The notes beneath the pieces were generated by a model. That model saw only the letters and a list, made by a program, of their open reading frames with translations, did not search any database and was not told where the DNA came from. From assembly GCA_035293905.1 (NCBI GenBank), contig DATGLY010000115.1:1291-65290 (forward strand): a stretch of 64,000 nt of DNA. Reading direction: 5' to 3'. Source of the stretch: Bryobacteraceae bacterium (GTDB lineage Bacteria; Acidobacteriota; Terriglobia; Bryobacterales; Bryobacteraceae). Below are positions 1 through 9,749 of this stretch, one piece after another (positions within the stretch are counted from its first letter, which is position 1; each line of letters begins with the position of its first letter). The position numbers and the translations under genes were made by a program.

Positions 1-359
1 CAGTCTTTTTGATAGTGAACTTATTCACGAGATATTCCTTTTAACACAGTATGAACGATTTCGGACCCGCTCCGTCGCTTGAGAGGCAACAGTTCATAAT
101 ACGATGTGTGGAAATCGCCGGTTCCATTGGAATGTGCTTCCCAGCAGCCCTGCCCTACGGGTTCAGGTAGGCTCGTTGTTGCCCATGTCGACGGCGTCGT
201 CCCGCGTTGGTAATGCCGTTTTTTTGGTTTCCTGCTCTCATTTCTCGGCTTCGAGGCCATTCCGGAACACGTCGCCAACCGCCATTTGGTGATAGAATTA
301 TTAACCGTCCTTCTAGCGTGTTGATCGGGCTAACTCGAACCTGAGCGAAAGGGCATTTC

Positions 360-1553
360 ATGAAGCCTACGGTTCCTTTTCTTTGCGCCATCGCCTTCTG
401 CGTTGCGGCATGGATCAGCGCTCCCCGATCCGACGCCCAAACGCGCTCCGGATTGGGCGACGGGCCGTGGACCTATGTCACCTACGAGCGCAATACTCGC
501 ATCAGCGTCTCGGTCGTTTCCAAAGGGCTTTCTCACCCGTGGAGTCTCGCATTTCTTCCAGACGGCGATCTGCTGATCACGGAGCGGCCGGGGCGCCTAA
601 GGCTGGTGCACAATCGCACACTTGTTCCCGAGCCGATTTTGGGCCTGTCCGACCTGGGGATCGACCTTCTCTTTGATATTGCCCTTCATCCGGATTTTCC
701 AACAAACCATCTCCTGTATTTGACCTACATCAAGAAAGGGACGCGGCCCGATGGCAGCAAGGGCTATTGGGCCACTACGGCGCTGGCTCAAGGGCGCTTA
801 GATGGACGGGTCTTGACGGGCGTAAAGGACGTTTTCGTCGCCGACGCGTGGCAGCCTTTATCGGGCGGCGATGGCTCCCGCGTTGTTTTTGGACCGGATC
901 GCAAAGTGTATTTCAGTTCTTCACACCGCAGAAATCCGGATGCGCCGCAGGATCTCGGCAATGACGTAGGCAAAATTCTGCGGATCAACGAGGATGGAAG
1001 CATTCCCCGGGACAACCCATTCTTTGGGCAATCCGGGCGCAAGCCGGAGATTTATTCGTATGGTCACCGCACGGTGCTGGGATTGACCTTCCGGCCCGGA
1101 ACCGCCGAGTTGTGGGAGACCGAAAATGGTCCTCAAGGCGGAGACGAGGTGAATATCATCAAGCCAGGCCGAAATTATGGTTGGCCGGTGGTTACCTATG
1201 GCCGCGACTACGACGGCAAGCGCCTGCCCGGTCCTTGGAACGAAAAGATGGAAGCGCCGGAACTGGTTTGGATACCTTCCGTGACTACTTCCAGCATTCT
1301 GTTTTATACGGGTGATAAGTTCCCCGCGTGGAAGGGCAACCTGTTCCTCGGCGCTATGACAGTCGGACGGATTCCCGGAACCGGCAATTTGCAGCGCGTG
1401 GTGTTTAACGAAAACGGAGAAATACGCCGTGAGTCTCTGCTCACGGATCTGAAGCAGCGCATCCGCGATGTGCGGCAAGGACCGGACGGGCTTCTCTATT
1501 TGTTGACGGACGAGGATCCGGGCGCTTTGCTTCAAATCGAACCAGCGAAATAG
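360..1553 (+). CDS. Secreted PQQ-dependent sugar dehydrogenase (soluble glucose/sorbosone dehydrogenase beta-propeller family)
   Basis: 397-aa ORF with signal peptide MKPTVPFLCAIAFCVAAWISAPRSDAQ. Family-type motifs: LAFLPDGDLLITERPGRLR, YGHRTVLGL, ENGPQGGDEVNIIKPGRNYGWP, RDVRQGPDGLLYLLTD. Confidence 0.8.
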   Translation: MKPTVPFLCAIAFCVAAWISAPRSDAQTRSGLGDGPWTYVTYERNTRISVSVVSKGLSHPWSLAFLPDGDLLITERPGRLRLVHNRTLVPEPILGLSDLGIDLLFDIALHPDFPTNHLLYLTYIKKGTRPDGSKGYWATTALAQGRLDGRVLTGVKDVFVADAWQPLSGGDGSRVVFGPDRKVYFSSSHRRNPDAPQDLGNDVGKILRINEDGSIPRDNPFFGQSGRKPEIYSYGHRTVLGLTFRPGTAELWETENGPQGGDEVNIIKPGRNYGWPVVTYGRDYDGKRLPGPWNEKMEAPELVWIPSVTTSSILFYTGDKFPAWKGNLFLGAMTVGRIPGTGNLQRVVFNENGEIRRESLLTDLKQRIRDVRQGPDGLLYLLTDEDPGALLQIEPAK

Positions 1554-1631
1554 AACCCGACTGATCGTTTGTGCGTTAGTCAATCCTCGCGGGCTGTCTC
1601 CGCTTCAGCGGAACACAACCCTTCTGGGTTC

Positions 1632-2945
1632 TCAGCAGTCCACGGCGACTTGGGAGGCTTCCTTTGGCCGCGACTGACCACTAGCTAAATCGAGCACCGG
1701 CAGGCCGCTTGCGCGAATTTGCCGAACCAGCTCGTCGCCCACATTTTGCGCAACGATCAGGTGGGTTGCCCAATCGGACAGTTCTTGAAAGCTGCCAGTG
1801 AGCAAGCGGCCGATGTGCGGAATCGCATTCAGAACGTAATCCCGATTGGAGCCGTAGATTTGATCCATAGTTATGTGCGGATCGTAGACGCGCACCGAAC
1901 GGCCCTTGCCAATAAGGTATTCAAGCATTGTAACCACGGGACTTTCCCGCAGATCGTCGGTGTTTTCCTTGAACGCTAGCCCGATGACTCCTAGGCGGTC
2001 CGCGTCCAGCTCGAGAGCTTCATGAATGGCGCGATTCAGATGCTCGCGGTTGCTCACAAGCACCGACTCCAACAACGGAAGTTTCACATCGAGGCGAGAG
2101 GCTCGATAATTCAAAGCCCGCAGATCTTTCGGCAGGCAGGAGCCTCCGAACGCGAAGCCAGGCCGCAGATATGCCGGCGAAATGTTGAGCCGTAGATCCT
2201 GGCACAACGTTCGCATCACCTCGGCGGGATCCACGCCCAGCGGCGCGGAAAGAGCGCCGATCTCATTGGCGAACGAAATTTTCACAGCATGAAAAGCGTT
2301 GCAAGCATATTTGATCATCTCGGCGGTGCGCAGCGACACAAGTACTGGGGTGGCGTCCAGACCGCGGTACAAACTCGCGACCTGGTGGACGGCCTTTGCA
2401 TCGGCGCCGCCGACGACGATAAGAGAAGGTTCACGAAAGTCGCTCACAGCGCATCCTTCGCGCAAAAACTCCGGATTGCAGACGACGCGGATTCCTGAAG
2501 AGGCGGCGAGAGCAGGAATCACCACGTCTTCGCAAGTTCCGGGGAAAACGGTGCTGCGGATTGCCAGGACCAGCAGCCGGCTGCGCGAGGACTGCGCCTC
2601 TACAACGGCGATCTCCTGCACTACGCGGCGCAACTGCTCCAATCCTAAGTTTCCGTTTCGCTCGGAAGGCGTGCCAACGCAAATAAGGGCGACATCGGCC
2701 TCCGCCAGAGCTTGCGCAGTTGAAACAGTAGCGCGAAGGCGGCCGGAATGGACGACGCGCTGCACAAGCTCTTCCAAGCCCGGTTCGAAGAACGGCGCGC
2801 GACGCTCCGAGATGCTCTGGATCTTGCGCACATCACGGTCCACCCCGACAACGCGATGACCTAGTTCCGCGAGGCAAGCGGCTGTGACGCAGCCCACATA
2901 GCCCAATCCGAAGACTGCGACATCCATCGTGGAATCTGGTGTCAT
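1632..2945 (-). CDS. Nucleotide-sugar 6-dehydrogenase, GDP-mannose 6-dehydrogenase (AlgD)-like
   Basis: 437-aa ORF with N-terminal Rossmann motif FGLGYVG. Blocks match my recollection of P. aeruginosa AlgD: AEMIKYACNAFHAVKISFANEIG, RPGFAFGGSCLPKDLRALNYRASRLDV, AFKENTDDLRESP. Met7 (2927) is an alternative start. Confidence 0.85.
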   Translation of the reverse strand: MTPDSTMDVAVFGLGYVGCVTAACLAELGHRVVGVDRDVRKIQSISERRAPFFEPGLEELVQRVVHSGRLRATVSTAQALAEADVALICVGTPSERNGNLGLEQLRRVVQEIAVVEAQSSRSRLLVLAIRSTVFPGTCEDVVIPALAASSGIRVVCNPEFLREGCAVSDFREPSLIVVGGADAKAVHQVASLYRGLDATPVLVSLRTAEMIKYACNAFHAVKISFANEIGALSAPLGVDPAEVMRTLCQDLRLNISPAYLRPGFAFGGSCLPKDLRALNYRASRLDVKLPLLESVLVSNREHLNRAIHEALELDADRLGVIGLAFKENTDDLRESPVVTMLEYLIGKGRSVRVYDPHITMDQIYGSNRDYVLNAIPHIGRLLTGSFQELSDWATHLIVAQNVGDELVRQIRASGLPVLDLASGQSRPKEASQVAVDC

Positions 2946-3002
2946 GCCCTACTATGGTAAATCGGCGCTCCATCCGCATAAGGAAATTGGGATCCCCAGG
3001 CG

Positions 3003-4955
3003 ATGAGAAGTCCAGCGGAAATTGCGCACCGCGCATGGCGGGAAGCCGCGAACTTGCGGCTTTGGCTTTCTCCGCCGAGAATTACCGTGGATGTCGCGGC
3101 GCCCCTGCCAGGCTTGCCAGCCCCGCGAAATATCGCGGCAGCGCTTAAGGGCTCGCCTTTCTGCGGCAAGTTGGAACAGATCGCGGAAAGTGTTCTCGAT
3201 GGCCGCTACCAACTATTGGGGCTGACTTTGCAATTAGGAAGAGTTCCAAAGTGGCGCGCCGATCCGGCACACGGGGTCGAGACTGGCCTTTCGTATTTCC
3301 GCCGCATACGGTATCTGGATTTTTCTCGTGTCGGCGACCACAAGTTCATATGGGAGTTGAATCGCCACCAGCACCTGGTTCTGTTAGCACAGGCGTTTGT
3401 GGCAAGCGGGCGCGAAAAGTATTGCGATGAACTCCTCCGCCAATGGGAGAGTTGGGTGGAGCAGAATCCCTTTCAGTGCGGCATTAATTGGGCGAGCGCC
3501 CTGGAGGTGGGCATTCGAGCGTTGTCGTGGATTTGGATTTATCACCTAACGGGCGAGCGCATGACCGCGTCACAGCGCCGCCGGTTTCTGAAGGAACTTT
3601 ATCGCCATGGACGCCACCTCGAGGTCAATCTGTCGCTTTATTTCTCGCCAAATACTCATTTGCTAGGCGAGGCTGTCGCGCTACATGCGCTGGGTATTTT
3701 ATTTCCGAGTTTTCCCCGCGCCCCGCGCTGGGTTGAATTGGGTGCGCGGATAGTTCGAACAGAACTGAAGCGACAAGCGCAGGAGGACGGCGCCCACTTC
3801 GAGCAGTCTACGTATTATCACGTCTATGCGCTGGATCTTTTCCTTTTGCACTATATCTTGAGCCGTCGGCCGGAAAGGTTTCGTCCAACGCTGGAGCGAA
3901 TGGCCGAGTATCTCGTCGCAATGATGGGTCCGCAGAGGCGCCTTCCCGCGATCGGGGACGACGACGGGGGCCGGATTTTTTTCCCCTATGGCTTGCGGGA
4001 CGAGTTTGGGCGCGCGACACTTGCCACGTGCGCCCGGCTTTTCAGCCGCCCTGAGTGGGCTGGCGACGACGATGACGACCTTCAGCAGGCGCTCTGGTGG
4101 GTGGGGCCTATAGAGCAGCGGGAGAAGAAAAACAAACGCGCGCCTAAAACGCAGATGTTTGCGGCGTCCGGGAGCGTGGTTTGGCAGTGCGGCGATCTTT
4201 GGGTGGCGATCAATGCAGGCGGATTTGGAGCGCTCCGCGCCGGGCACAGCCATTCGCATGTCCTGTCTGTCGTCGCGCGCCTAAAACAAGAAGATCTATT
4301 GATTGACCCGGGCACGTTTACCTATACGGCCGATCCACGGTTGCGGGGCTGGTTCCGTAGCTCCGCCGCGCACAACACGGTACGTGTGAATGGACTGGAC
4401 CAAGCCCGTCAAGACGGCCCGTTCGCCTGGGCTGGGAAGCCGGCGGTTACTATCGAGTCTCTGCCGGCCGCAAGCCAGCCGATTCCATGCGAACCACGTT
4501 TGGCCGCCTGTTGCCGCTATTCCGGAGCCGATGTGCGGCACCGGCGGTATTTCGGGCTGACGCGACAGGATACGCTCTTCATAGTCGACGAGATACGCGG
4601 CGCGCAACGCTTGGCGTGCGAGCAATTCTGGCGGCCGGGCGAAGAGGTGGTGCGCCTATCGGCGCGAGCATTTCGCATCGGAAAACAAGCGCAACTGGTA
4701 GTTACGCAAGGCGCGCGTCTGGAAAAGGGCGGGGAGCATGGGTGGCGTTCCCGCGTGTACGGCGCGAAAGAGCCCGCGCCGGTTATCGTTGCAACCACAG
4801 AAGGCGAGGGATTGGTTTTTTTGGGCGCCGCCTTGACGGCGGCGGGTGGAGCACAAGCTCTTGAACTAGCGATGGTTATTGAACGCCGCCGGGTTGGTTT
4901 AAGATTGAACGGCGACGTTTTTCGCGAAGTCTGGTTCGACATCATCGGAAACTAG
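3003..4955 (+). CDS. Heparinase II/III family protein (uronate-polysaccharide lyase-like fold), apparently cytoplasmic
   Basis: 650-aa ORF with no signal peptide. Heparinase II/III N- and C-domain-type motifs: KFIWELNRHQHL, NWASALEVGIRALSWIW, HSHSHVLS, AAHNTVRVNG. Divergent from the AlgD-like gene. Confidence 0.75.
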   Translation: MRSPAEIAHRAWREAANLRLWLSPPRITVDVAAPLPGLPAPRNIAAALKGSPFCGKLEQIAESVLDGRYQLLGLTLQLGRVPKWRADPAHGVETGLSYFRRIRYLDFSRVGDHKFIWELNRHQHLVLLAQAFVASGREKYCDELLRQWESWVEQNPFQCGINWASALEVGIRALSWIWIYHLTGERMTASQRRRFLKELYRHGRHLEVNLSLYFSPNTHLLGEAVALHALGILFPSFPRAPRWVELGARIVRTELKRQAQEDGAHFEQSTYYHVYALDLFLLHYILSRRPERFRPTLERMAEYLVAMMGPQRRLPAIGDDDGGRIFFPYGLRDEFGRATLATCARLFSRPEWAGDDDDDLQQALWWVGPIEQREKKNKRAPKTQMFAASGSVVWQCGDLWVAINAGGFGALRAGHSHSHVLSVVARLKQEDLLIDPGTFTYTADPRLRGWFRSSAAHNTVRVNGLDQARQDGPFAWAGKPAVTIESLPAASQPIPCEPRLAACCRYSGADVRHRRYFGLTRQDTLFIVDEIRGAQRLACEQFWRPGEEVVRLSARAFRIGKQAQLVVTQGARLEKGGEHGWRSRVYGAKEPAPVIVATTEGEGLVFLGAALTAAGGAQALELAMVIERRRVGLRLNGDVFREVWFDIIGN

Positions 4956-5117
4956 CTAATATTTCTGTAATTCACAAAAAATAAGACCTCCTAAAACCTT
5001 TCGTTTTCAAAACCTTAATCATTGACTTCGCGACGCCTTCGGGGTTCTAGTGTTACATGATGGCGCTGTGTGACGAGCACTTCACCGCGCCGGATATGGA
5101 AAGGAGTACAGAAACAG

Positions 5118-5906
5118 ATGAAGAAAACATGCCATATTTTTCCAGCAGCGATCTTAGCGGCGATCGTCTGCTGGGCGCAAACGCGGGTAAGCGGCGCCGA
5201 CGCAACGTCGGGCAATCAACTGGCTGACTTTCAAACAACAGCCATTTCTGACGCAACCCTGACGATTGCTCCTGGCGTCTACCGGGTTGGCTGCGTAAGC
5301 TATTCCTATCCGGCCCGTACGACTTTTACCCTCACCCAATACACCATCGCTAGCGTGAGCCAAGCCGGGCAAGCGACGCTGACTCTGGCGGGCAATTGGG
5401 TCAACAGCTCCATTCATTACGGCGACACCATCCACATCAGTGGAGCGACCGGATCGGGCTGTTCAGGACTGAACGCGTTACAGACCATCGCCAACTTGCC
5501 TGCTCCGAATCAAGTAACAATCAATTGGAACTCGACTGGCTGCGCTTACGGAGCGAACAGTGCAAAATTCGGCGCAAAACCGGAGGCTACCGGAACGGCG
5601 TACATCTACGGGGACTACGCTGGCAATTTGACACTGGAGATGCCAGCCGCCGCGGGGTTGATCGCCGTAGGCGCCGGGCCGGCGGCGCCGGTCACCATCC
5701 AGAATTCCACGCCCAAATTCGCCCCTGACGGCATACCAATTGCATTTGTGACAATCGCTTCAAGTGGCAACGGCTCGTGGGGAACGGTCACGGACTCCCA
5801 AGCAGTCGCGAGCGCGACTTCGCGGGCGGCGGCCGCCGCAATCGACCCAAACGCTGTACCGAAACTCGGCGGTGGAGGGTACCTAACGGTAGTAAAGAAC
5901 CTCTAG
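5118..5906 (+). CDS. Secreted hypothetical protein (Thr/Ala/Gly-rich)
   Basis: 262 aa from ATG 5118, preceded by GGAAAGGAG. Signal peptide MKKTCHIFPAAILAAIVCWAQ. No family recognised. The longer ORF-track start at 5070 has no RBS. Confidence 0.6.
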   Translation: MKKTCHIFPAAILAAIVCWAQTRVSGADATSGNQLADFQTTAISDATLTIAPGVYRVGCVSYSYPARTTFTLTQYTIASVSQAGQATLTLAGNWVNSSIHYGDTIHISGATGSGCSGLNALQTIANLPAPNQVTINWNSTGCAYGANSAKFGAKPEATGTAYIYGDYAGNLTLEMPAAAGLIAVGAGPAAPVTIQNSTPKFAPDGIPIAFVTIASSGNGSWGTVTDSQAVASATSRAAAAAIDPNAVPKLGGGGYLTVVKNL

Positions 5907-5915
5907 GAAGAAAAC

Positions 5916-8027
5916 ATGGTAAAAACATTCATCTTGCTTGCTTCAATAATGTGCTGGAGTCTTCCTTCACAAGCTGTCGTCGTTCACTCCGTTTGCGCCA
6001 GTGGCTGCGACTACGCCGATCCGCAGTCCGCCGAGAACTCGCTGCCCGCAAGCCTCTCCGACAACTATGTTTTCGAGTGGCAAGCCGGGCAAACATTTAC
6101 GCAGACGCTGACGATACGAAATCTGACCATGAACGGCCACTGGGTAATTCATCGCTCCAGCCAAAGCTATGCGATTCCGCCGGGGACACGCGCGGGGGCG
6201 TCGACCGCCGCGAATATGGCGGCCATTCAGAATCCCGCCGCGGGAACTGCGGCGATCGCGACCGAGCAAAGCGCGAGTTATCACCGGTTCGAGGGCCTGG
6301 AAATCAAGGCAAATTCCGCATTAACTAATGAGCCGTATTTTTTGGTGGCCTTATTCTACCAAGGCCCGGGCTCGGCGGGCATCAGCGACAATATGCGCTC
6401 CGATCTGGCGCATCACATCGTCTTCGACCGTTGTTATATCCATAATTTCCTGGATAATAACCAAAGCAACGTATTTTCCACCGCTGTGTTCGCCAACACC
6501 GGATATTTCGAAATTAGCAACTCCACCATCATGGCATTCAATGCAACGCTTGAATCTCATGCTTTCGGAGGGGTAAATGGCGAGGGCCCCTTTTATGTCC
6601 GCAATAACGAATTCCGGACTTCGCAAATTGGCACCATATTTGGCGGAAGCCAGCCGACAATCACGGGTATTCACGCGAGGTCGGCTTCTTTCCTTGGCAA
6701 CTACTACTACCGTCCCTGGCTTTGGCGAGTTACGAGCGGAACGGCCAACCCTAGCGGCGCGTGCCAGTACGACTCTAACGGAGGCGAATCTTACAACCAA
6801 CTGACAAGCGGGCATTGGTGGCTATGCGTAAATGGCTTCTGGGCCGATCAAGGCGCGGGCACAACTCCCATTCCATATTGTCAAACCGCTGGTTGTGGAG
6901 GAATCGGCGGCGCCTCCATCGACAAGAACCACTTCGAAATCAAGAATGGATGGGGATTCACGGCCGATGGGAATTGGATCCAGAACGGCTGGCAGCCGGC
7001 GATGGCCAATCAGAAAGGAGCGTGTGTTCTACTGAATCAGGTAGATTCCAGCGAACCGCAATCCATAATTTTCGGATTGCGGTTCGCTAATAACGTCTGC
7101 GACAGCGCCGGCCATGGAATTGACGCGGGCGTTATTGGCGGGCCTTACAATCACGTTCCCGACCAAATCGCATTCACAAATAATTTATTCACAAATATCG
7201 GTATGCCAGAAATCGTAGGGACGGGAAATTTTGACGCCGTTCTCGTAGAGATCCAAAATTCCCTTCATTACACTTACGACCACAACACCTTCCTGCTGAA
7301 TAATCCGTCCGCGGGAGCCCTGGGGTTCGGCCAACTGGTTCAAACTGGGGCGGTAGCGCCCTTTGGCCCACCCGGCGTGCTGACCTGGACGAACAACATC
7401 GCAGTGCATGGTTTTTGGGGATTGTACGACACCTACGACTCCGCCGCCTCGACCAACGGAGCAATTTCGCTCGATTATCCAAACGCAAACATTCAGTCTT
7501 CCATTGTGATTACGACTCAAACGGCGTCTTGCAGCCCCGGAGGGTCCGGAAACTGCGGCCAGACGGAGTGGGCGGGACCATCGCCAGCATGCTTGACATG
7601 CTATTATCCAACCAGCTTTTCATCGGTATTTCAGAATTATCCAAGCAATCTCGTTGTGAACTCGACCTACGCCGGACGAGGTCAATATGGAACGGATCCG
7701 GGAGTCGACTTATCAGTGGTGTCATGGAGCACGCAAGGAGCCGTCACCGGCCTTCCCAACCCCTATCTGGATTTCCGGATAAGAGGGCTCCAGGTTTCCG
7801 GCTCGACGGCGGCTTTTACCTACACGGCCCCGGACGTCGGGGCATGCACGCTCACTGTTGCCAACAACAGCAGCTTTAGCTTGCCAGTCTATAATTCTGC
7901 GGATAATGGAGCCAATCCCGATCGATATCTGATAGTCACTGGATTAAGCCCCAGAACCCGCTATTGGTGGAAGATGACCTGCGGATCATCGAGTTACCGG
8001 CGCTCTGGGACGTTACTGACGCGATGA
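5916..8027 (+). CDS. Secreted right-handed parallel beta-helix repeat protein with C-terminal Ig/FN3-like domain
   Basis: 703-aa ORF starting 9 nt after the previous stop, with signal peptide MVKTFILLASIMCWSLPSQA. Recurrent beta-helix-type turns: RCYIHNF, ISNSTIMAFN, VRNNEFR, RFANNVC, FTNNLFTN, YDHNTFLLNN, TWTNNIAV. C-terminal motif TGLSPRTRYWWKMTC. GC is visibly lower here. Confidence 0.65.
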   Translation: MVKTFILLASIMCWSLPSQAVVVHSVCASGCDYADPQSAENSLPASLSDNYVFEWQAGQTFTQTLTIRNLTMNGHWVIHRSSQSYAIPPGTRAGASTAANMAAIQNPAAGTAAIATEQSASYHRFEGLEIKANSALTNEPYFLVALFYQGPGSAGISDNMRSDLAHHIVFDRCYIHNFLDNNQSNVFSTAVFANTGYFEISNSTIMAFNATLESHAFGGVNGEGPFYVRNNEFRTSQIGTIFGGSQPTITGIHARSASFLGNYYYRPWLWRVTSGTANPSGACQYDSNGGESYNQLTSGHWWLCVNGFWADQGAGTTPIPYCQTAGCGGIGGASIDKNHFEIKNGWGFTADGNWIQNGWQPAMANQKGACVLLNQVDSSEPQSIIFGLRFANNVCDSAGHGIDAGVIGGPYNHVPDQIAFTNNLFTNIGMPEIVGTGNFDAVLVEIQNSLHYTYDHNTFLLNNPSAGALGFGQLVQTGAVAPFGPPGVLTWTNNIAVHGFWGLYDTYDSAASTNGAISLDYPNANIQSSIVITTQTASCSPGGSGNCGQTEWAGPSPACLTCYYPTSFSSVFQNYPSNLVVNSTYAGRGQYGTDPGVDLSVVSWSTQGAVTGLPNPYLDFRIRGLQVSGSTAAFTYTAPDVGACTLTVANNSSFSLPVYNSADNGANPDRYLIVTGLSPRTRYWWKMTCGSSSYRRSGTLLTR

Positions 8028-8239
8028 TTTTAAGCGCCGACTCCGAAGGTTGAGATGCCACAAGTTCTCTGGCATCCTACGGCGGCAACATTGAGGCGTT
8101 GTGATGCCTAGCGGTCCGACGAGTCGTGGGGCAAGGCAGTATAGACAAATTCCCGACGCGCCACAATCAACAGAGCTAGTATGGTAAGGCACGGTCCGCG
8201 AAGTCATTCCGGAAGAGGAGAGCGGATTAGAAACCTTCC

Positions 8240-9646
8240 GTGAGCCGTTTTAAGCCAAGAAACTCCGCGCTGGCAGATGAAAGCGGGCGCGCGAACGTAC
8301 ATCTGCGGGTTCCAGAGACGGAGCTTGTCCTGCCGGGCTCGGCTCTTTCACGCTTCAAACCCGGTTCCCTGGCGGCAGGTCCCACCGAAAAGCTTGCCTT
8401 CGGCCTTAATATGCTTTTCCTGTTCTTCGTGAACAGCCGGATTATCGAATTGTTTCCTCTTAATGCCTCTCTCCACTTGATGGTGGTTCTTAGCATAGCC
8501 TCGGGCGTGGTGGCTATCTTCAACGGTATGCTTTGGAGGACCCTGGCCTCCGGATTAGGGACGCTGTACCTTTGTCTCACTATCTGGTTTGGCCTGACAA
8601 TTCCTGTGAGCGTGTGGCCGGGCGGCGCCGCGGGCGTGTTCCGAAGTGAATGGCTCACGTCGCTCTGCACGTTCTTTCTGGTCGCCAGCATCCCGATCAA
8701 CTCCCAGCAGGTCCTCAAGGCTATGTGGGTAAGCGCTTGTGCCTTTCTTGCCGCCGGATTGCTCGCACTGACGCGCGGAGCGGTTGTTGATGGAAGGCTT
8801 TTTATGGCTTCTGGAGGCACCTTTGGCAATCCCAATTATCTTGCGGCCGCCATGTGCACGGGAGTATTGTTGTGGTGGTTCATTCTTCGCATTCCCAGGC
8901 AAAGATGGTTTTGGCGGACCGTGGGAATTGGCGCTGTGGCGATTTTGATCATGGTGACTGTTCAGACCGGATCCCGAGGTGCGCTATGCGCCTTGTTAGC
9001 TACGGCTCCCTTTCTGGTAATGCAGTATTCGTTGGCGAGCCGGCTCTGGATTGCCATTGGATTCGTTACCGTTCTATTGCTCGGCTTTATGGCCGCGCCG
9101 GGGTTGACTGTCAAGCGCCTTACGGTTTTTTTTGAGCCGGACCAGTCTGTCGCTTCTCAAGCGGAGTATCAGTTTGAGCGGTCGGCGACCCAGTCCGCCC
9201 AGAGCAGGTTGAGCCTGCTGAAGCGGAGCCTCGAAATCACTGGCCAGTATCCAATCCTTGGGGCCGGAATTGGCATGTTCGCCATTGCGGAAGACAAACT
9301 TGCGCGGGCCGAAGGAGTTCCCAGCATGTGGCATGGGACGCATAACACTTATACCCAAGTCTCCAGCGAAACCGGCATTCCGGGACTGATTCTTTTCCTC
9401 GCCATCCTGGCCGCCAATTGGCGTGCCTTATCGGCGTTGCGCCGCGACCGGCGGCTCAAACTACACGTCGATGGACCCGAGATACAGACTGCTGCGACAG
9501 CGCTCTGGCTAATTTTGCTTGACACGATGATCTATGCGGTTTTTGCCCACTTCGCCTACTCTTATACAATCCCTATCATCAGCGGACTCGTTGTGGCGTT
9601 GAGCCGCTGCGCATCGCGAGAGTTGGAACAAGTATCGGGGCGGTAA
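8240..9646 (+). CDS. O-antigen ligase/polymerase (Wzy_C) family membrane protein
   Basis: 468-aa polytopic ORF with a GTG start. Wzy_C-type region: TGSRGALCALLATAPF, a large periplasmic loop, then GAGIGMF and HGTHNTYTQVSSETGIPGL. Confidence 0.7.
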   Translation: MSRFKPRNSALADESGRANVHLRVPETELVLPGSALSRFKPGSLAAGPTEKLAFGLNMLFLFFVNSRIIELFPLNASLHLMVVLSIASGVVAIFNGMLWRTLASGLGTLYLCLTIWFGLTIPVSVWPGGAAGVFRSEWLTSLCTFFLVASIPINSQQVLKAMWVSACAFLAAGLLALTRGAVVDGRLFMASGGTFGNPNYLAAAMCTGVLLWWFILRIPRQRWFWRTVGIGAVAILIMVTVQTGSRGALCALLATAPFLVMQYSLASRLWIAIGFVTVLLLGFMAAPGLTVKRLTVFFEPDQSVASQAEYQFERSATQSAQSRLSLLKRSLEITGQYPILGAGIGMFAIAEDKLARAEGVPSMWHGTHNTYTQVSSETGIPGLILFLAILAANWRALSALRRDRRLKLHVDGPEIQTAATALWLILLDTMIYAVFAHFAYSYTIPIISGLVVALSRCASRELEQVSGR

Positions 9647-9749
9647 TCGGCGGGCGCTCTTCGTACCTACCACGATCAGAGGTCGCCTAGTGCGCCTCCA
9701 GCCCCGGCGATTACAATAGTAATCGATTTAGGCCAGTTAATTACAGCCC

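Noticed and set aside
191-225. Terminator-like element: ACGGC ... GCCGT followed by seven T.
   Set aside because: The stem is only 5 bp with a 19-nt loop, and no upstream gene is visible in the window. Too weak to call.
8054-8076. Perfect 7-bp hairpin GATGCCA-N9-TGGCATC, 27 nt after the beta-helix gene stop.
   Set aside because: No U tract follows, so it is not a canonical intrinsic terminator. It may be a stabilising stem-loop, but I cannot support a function.
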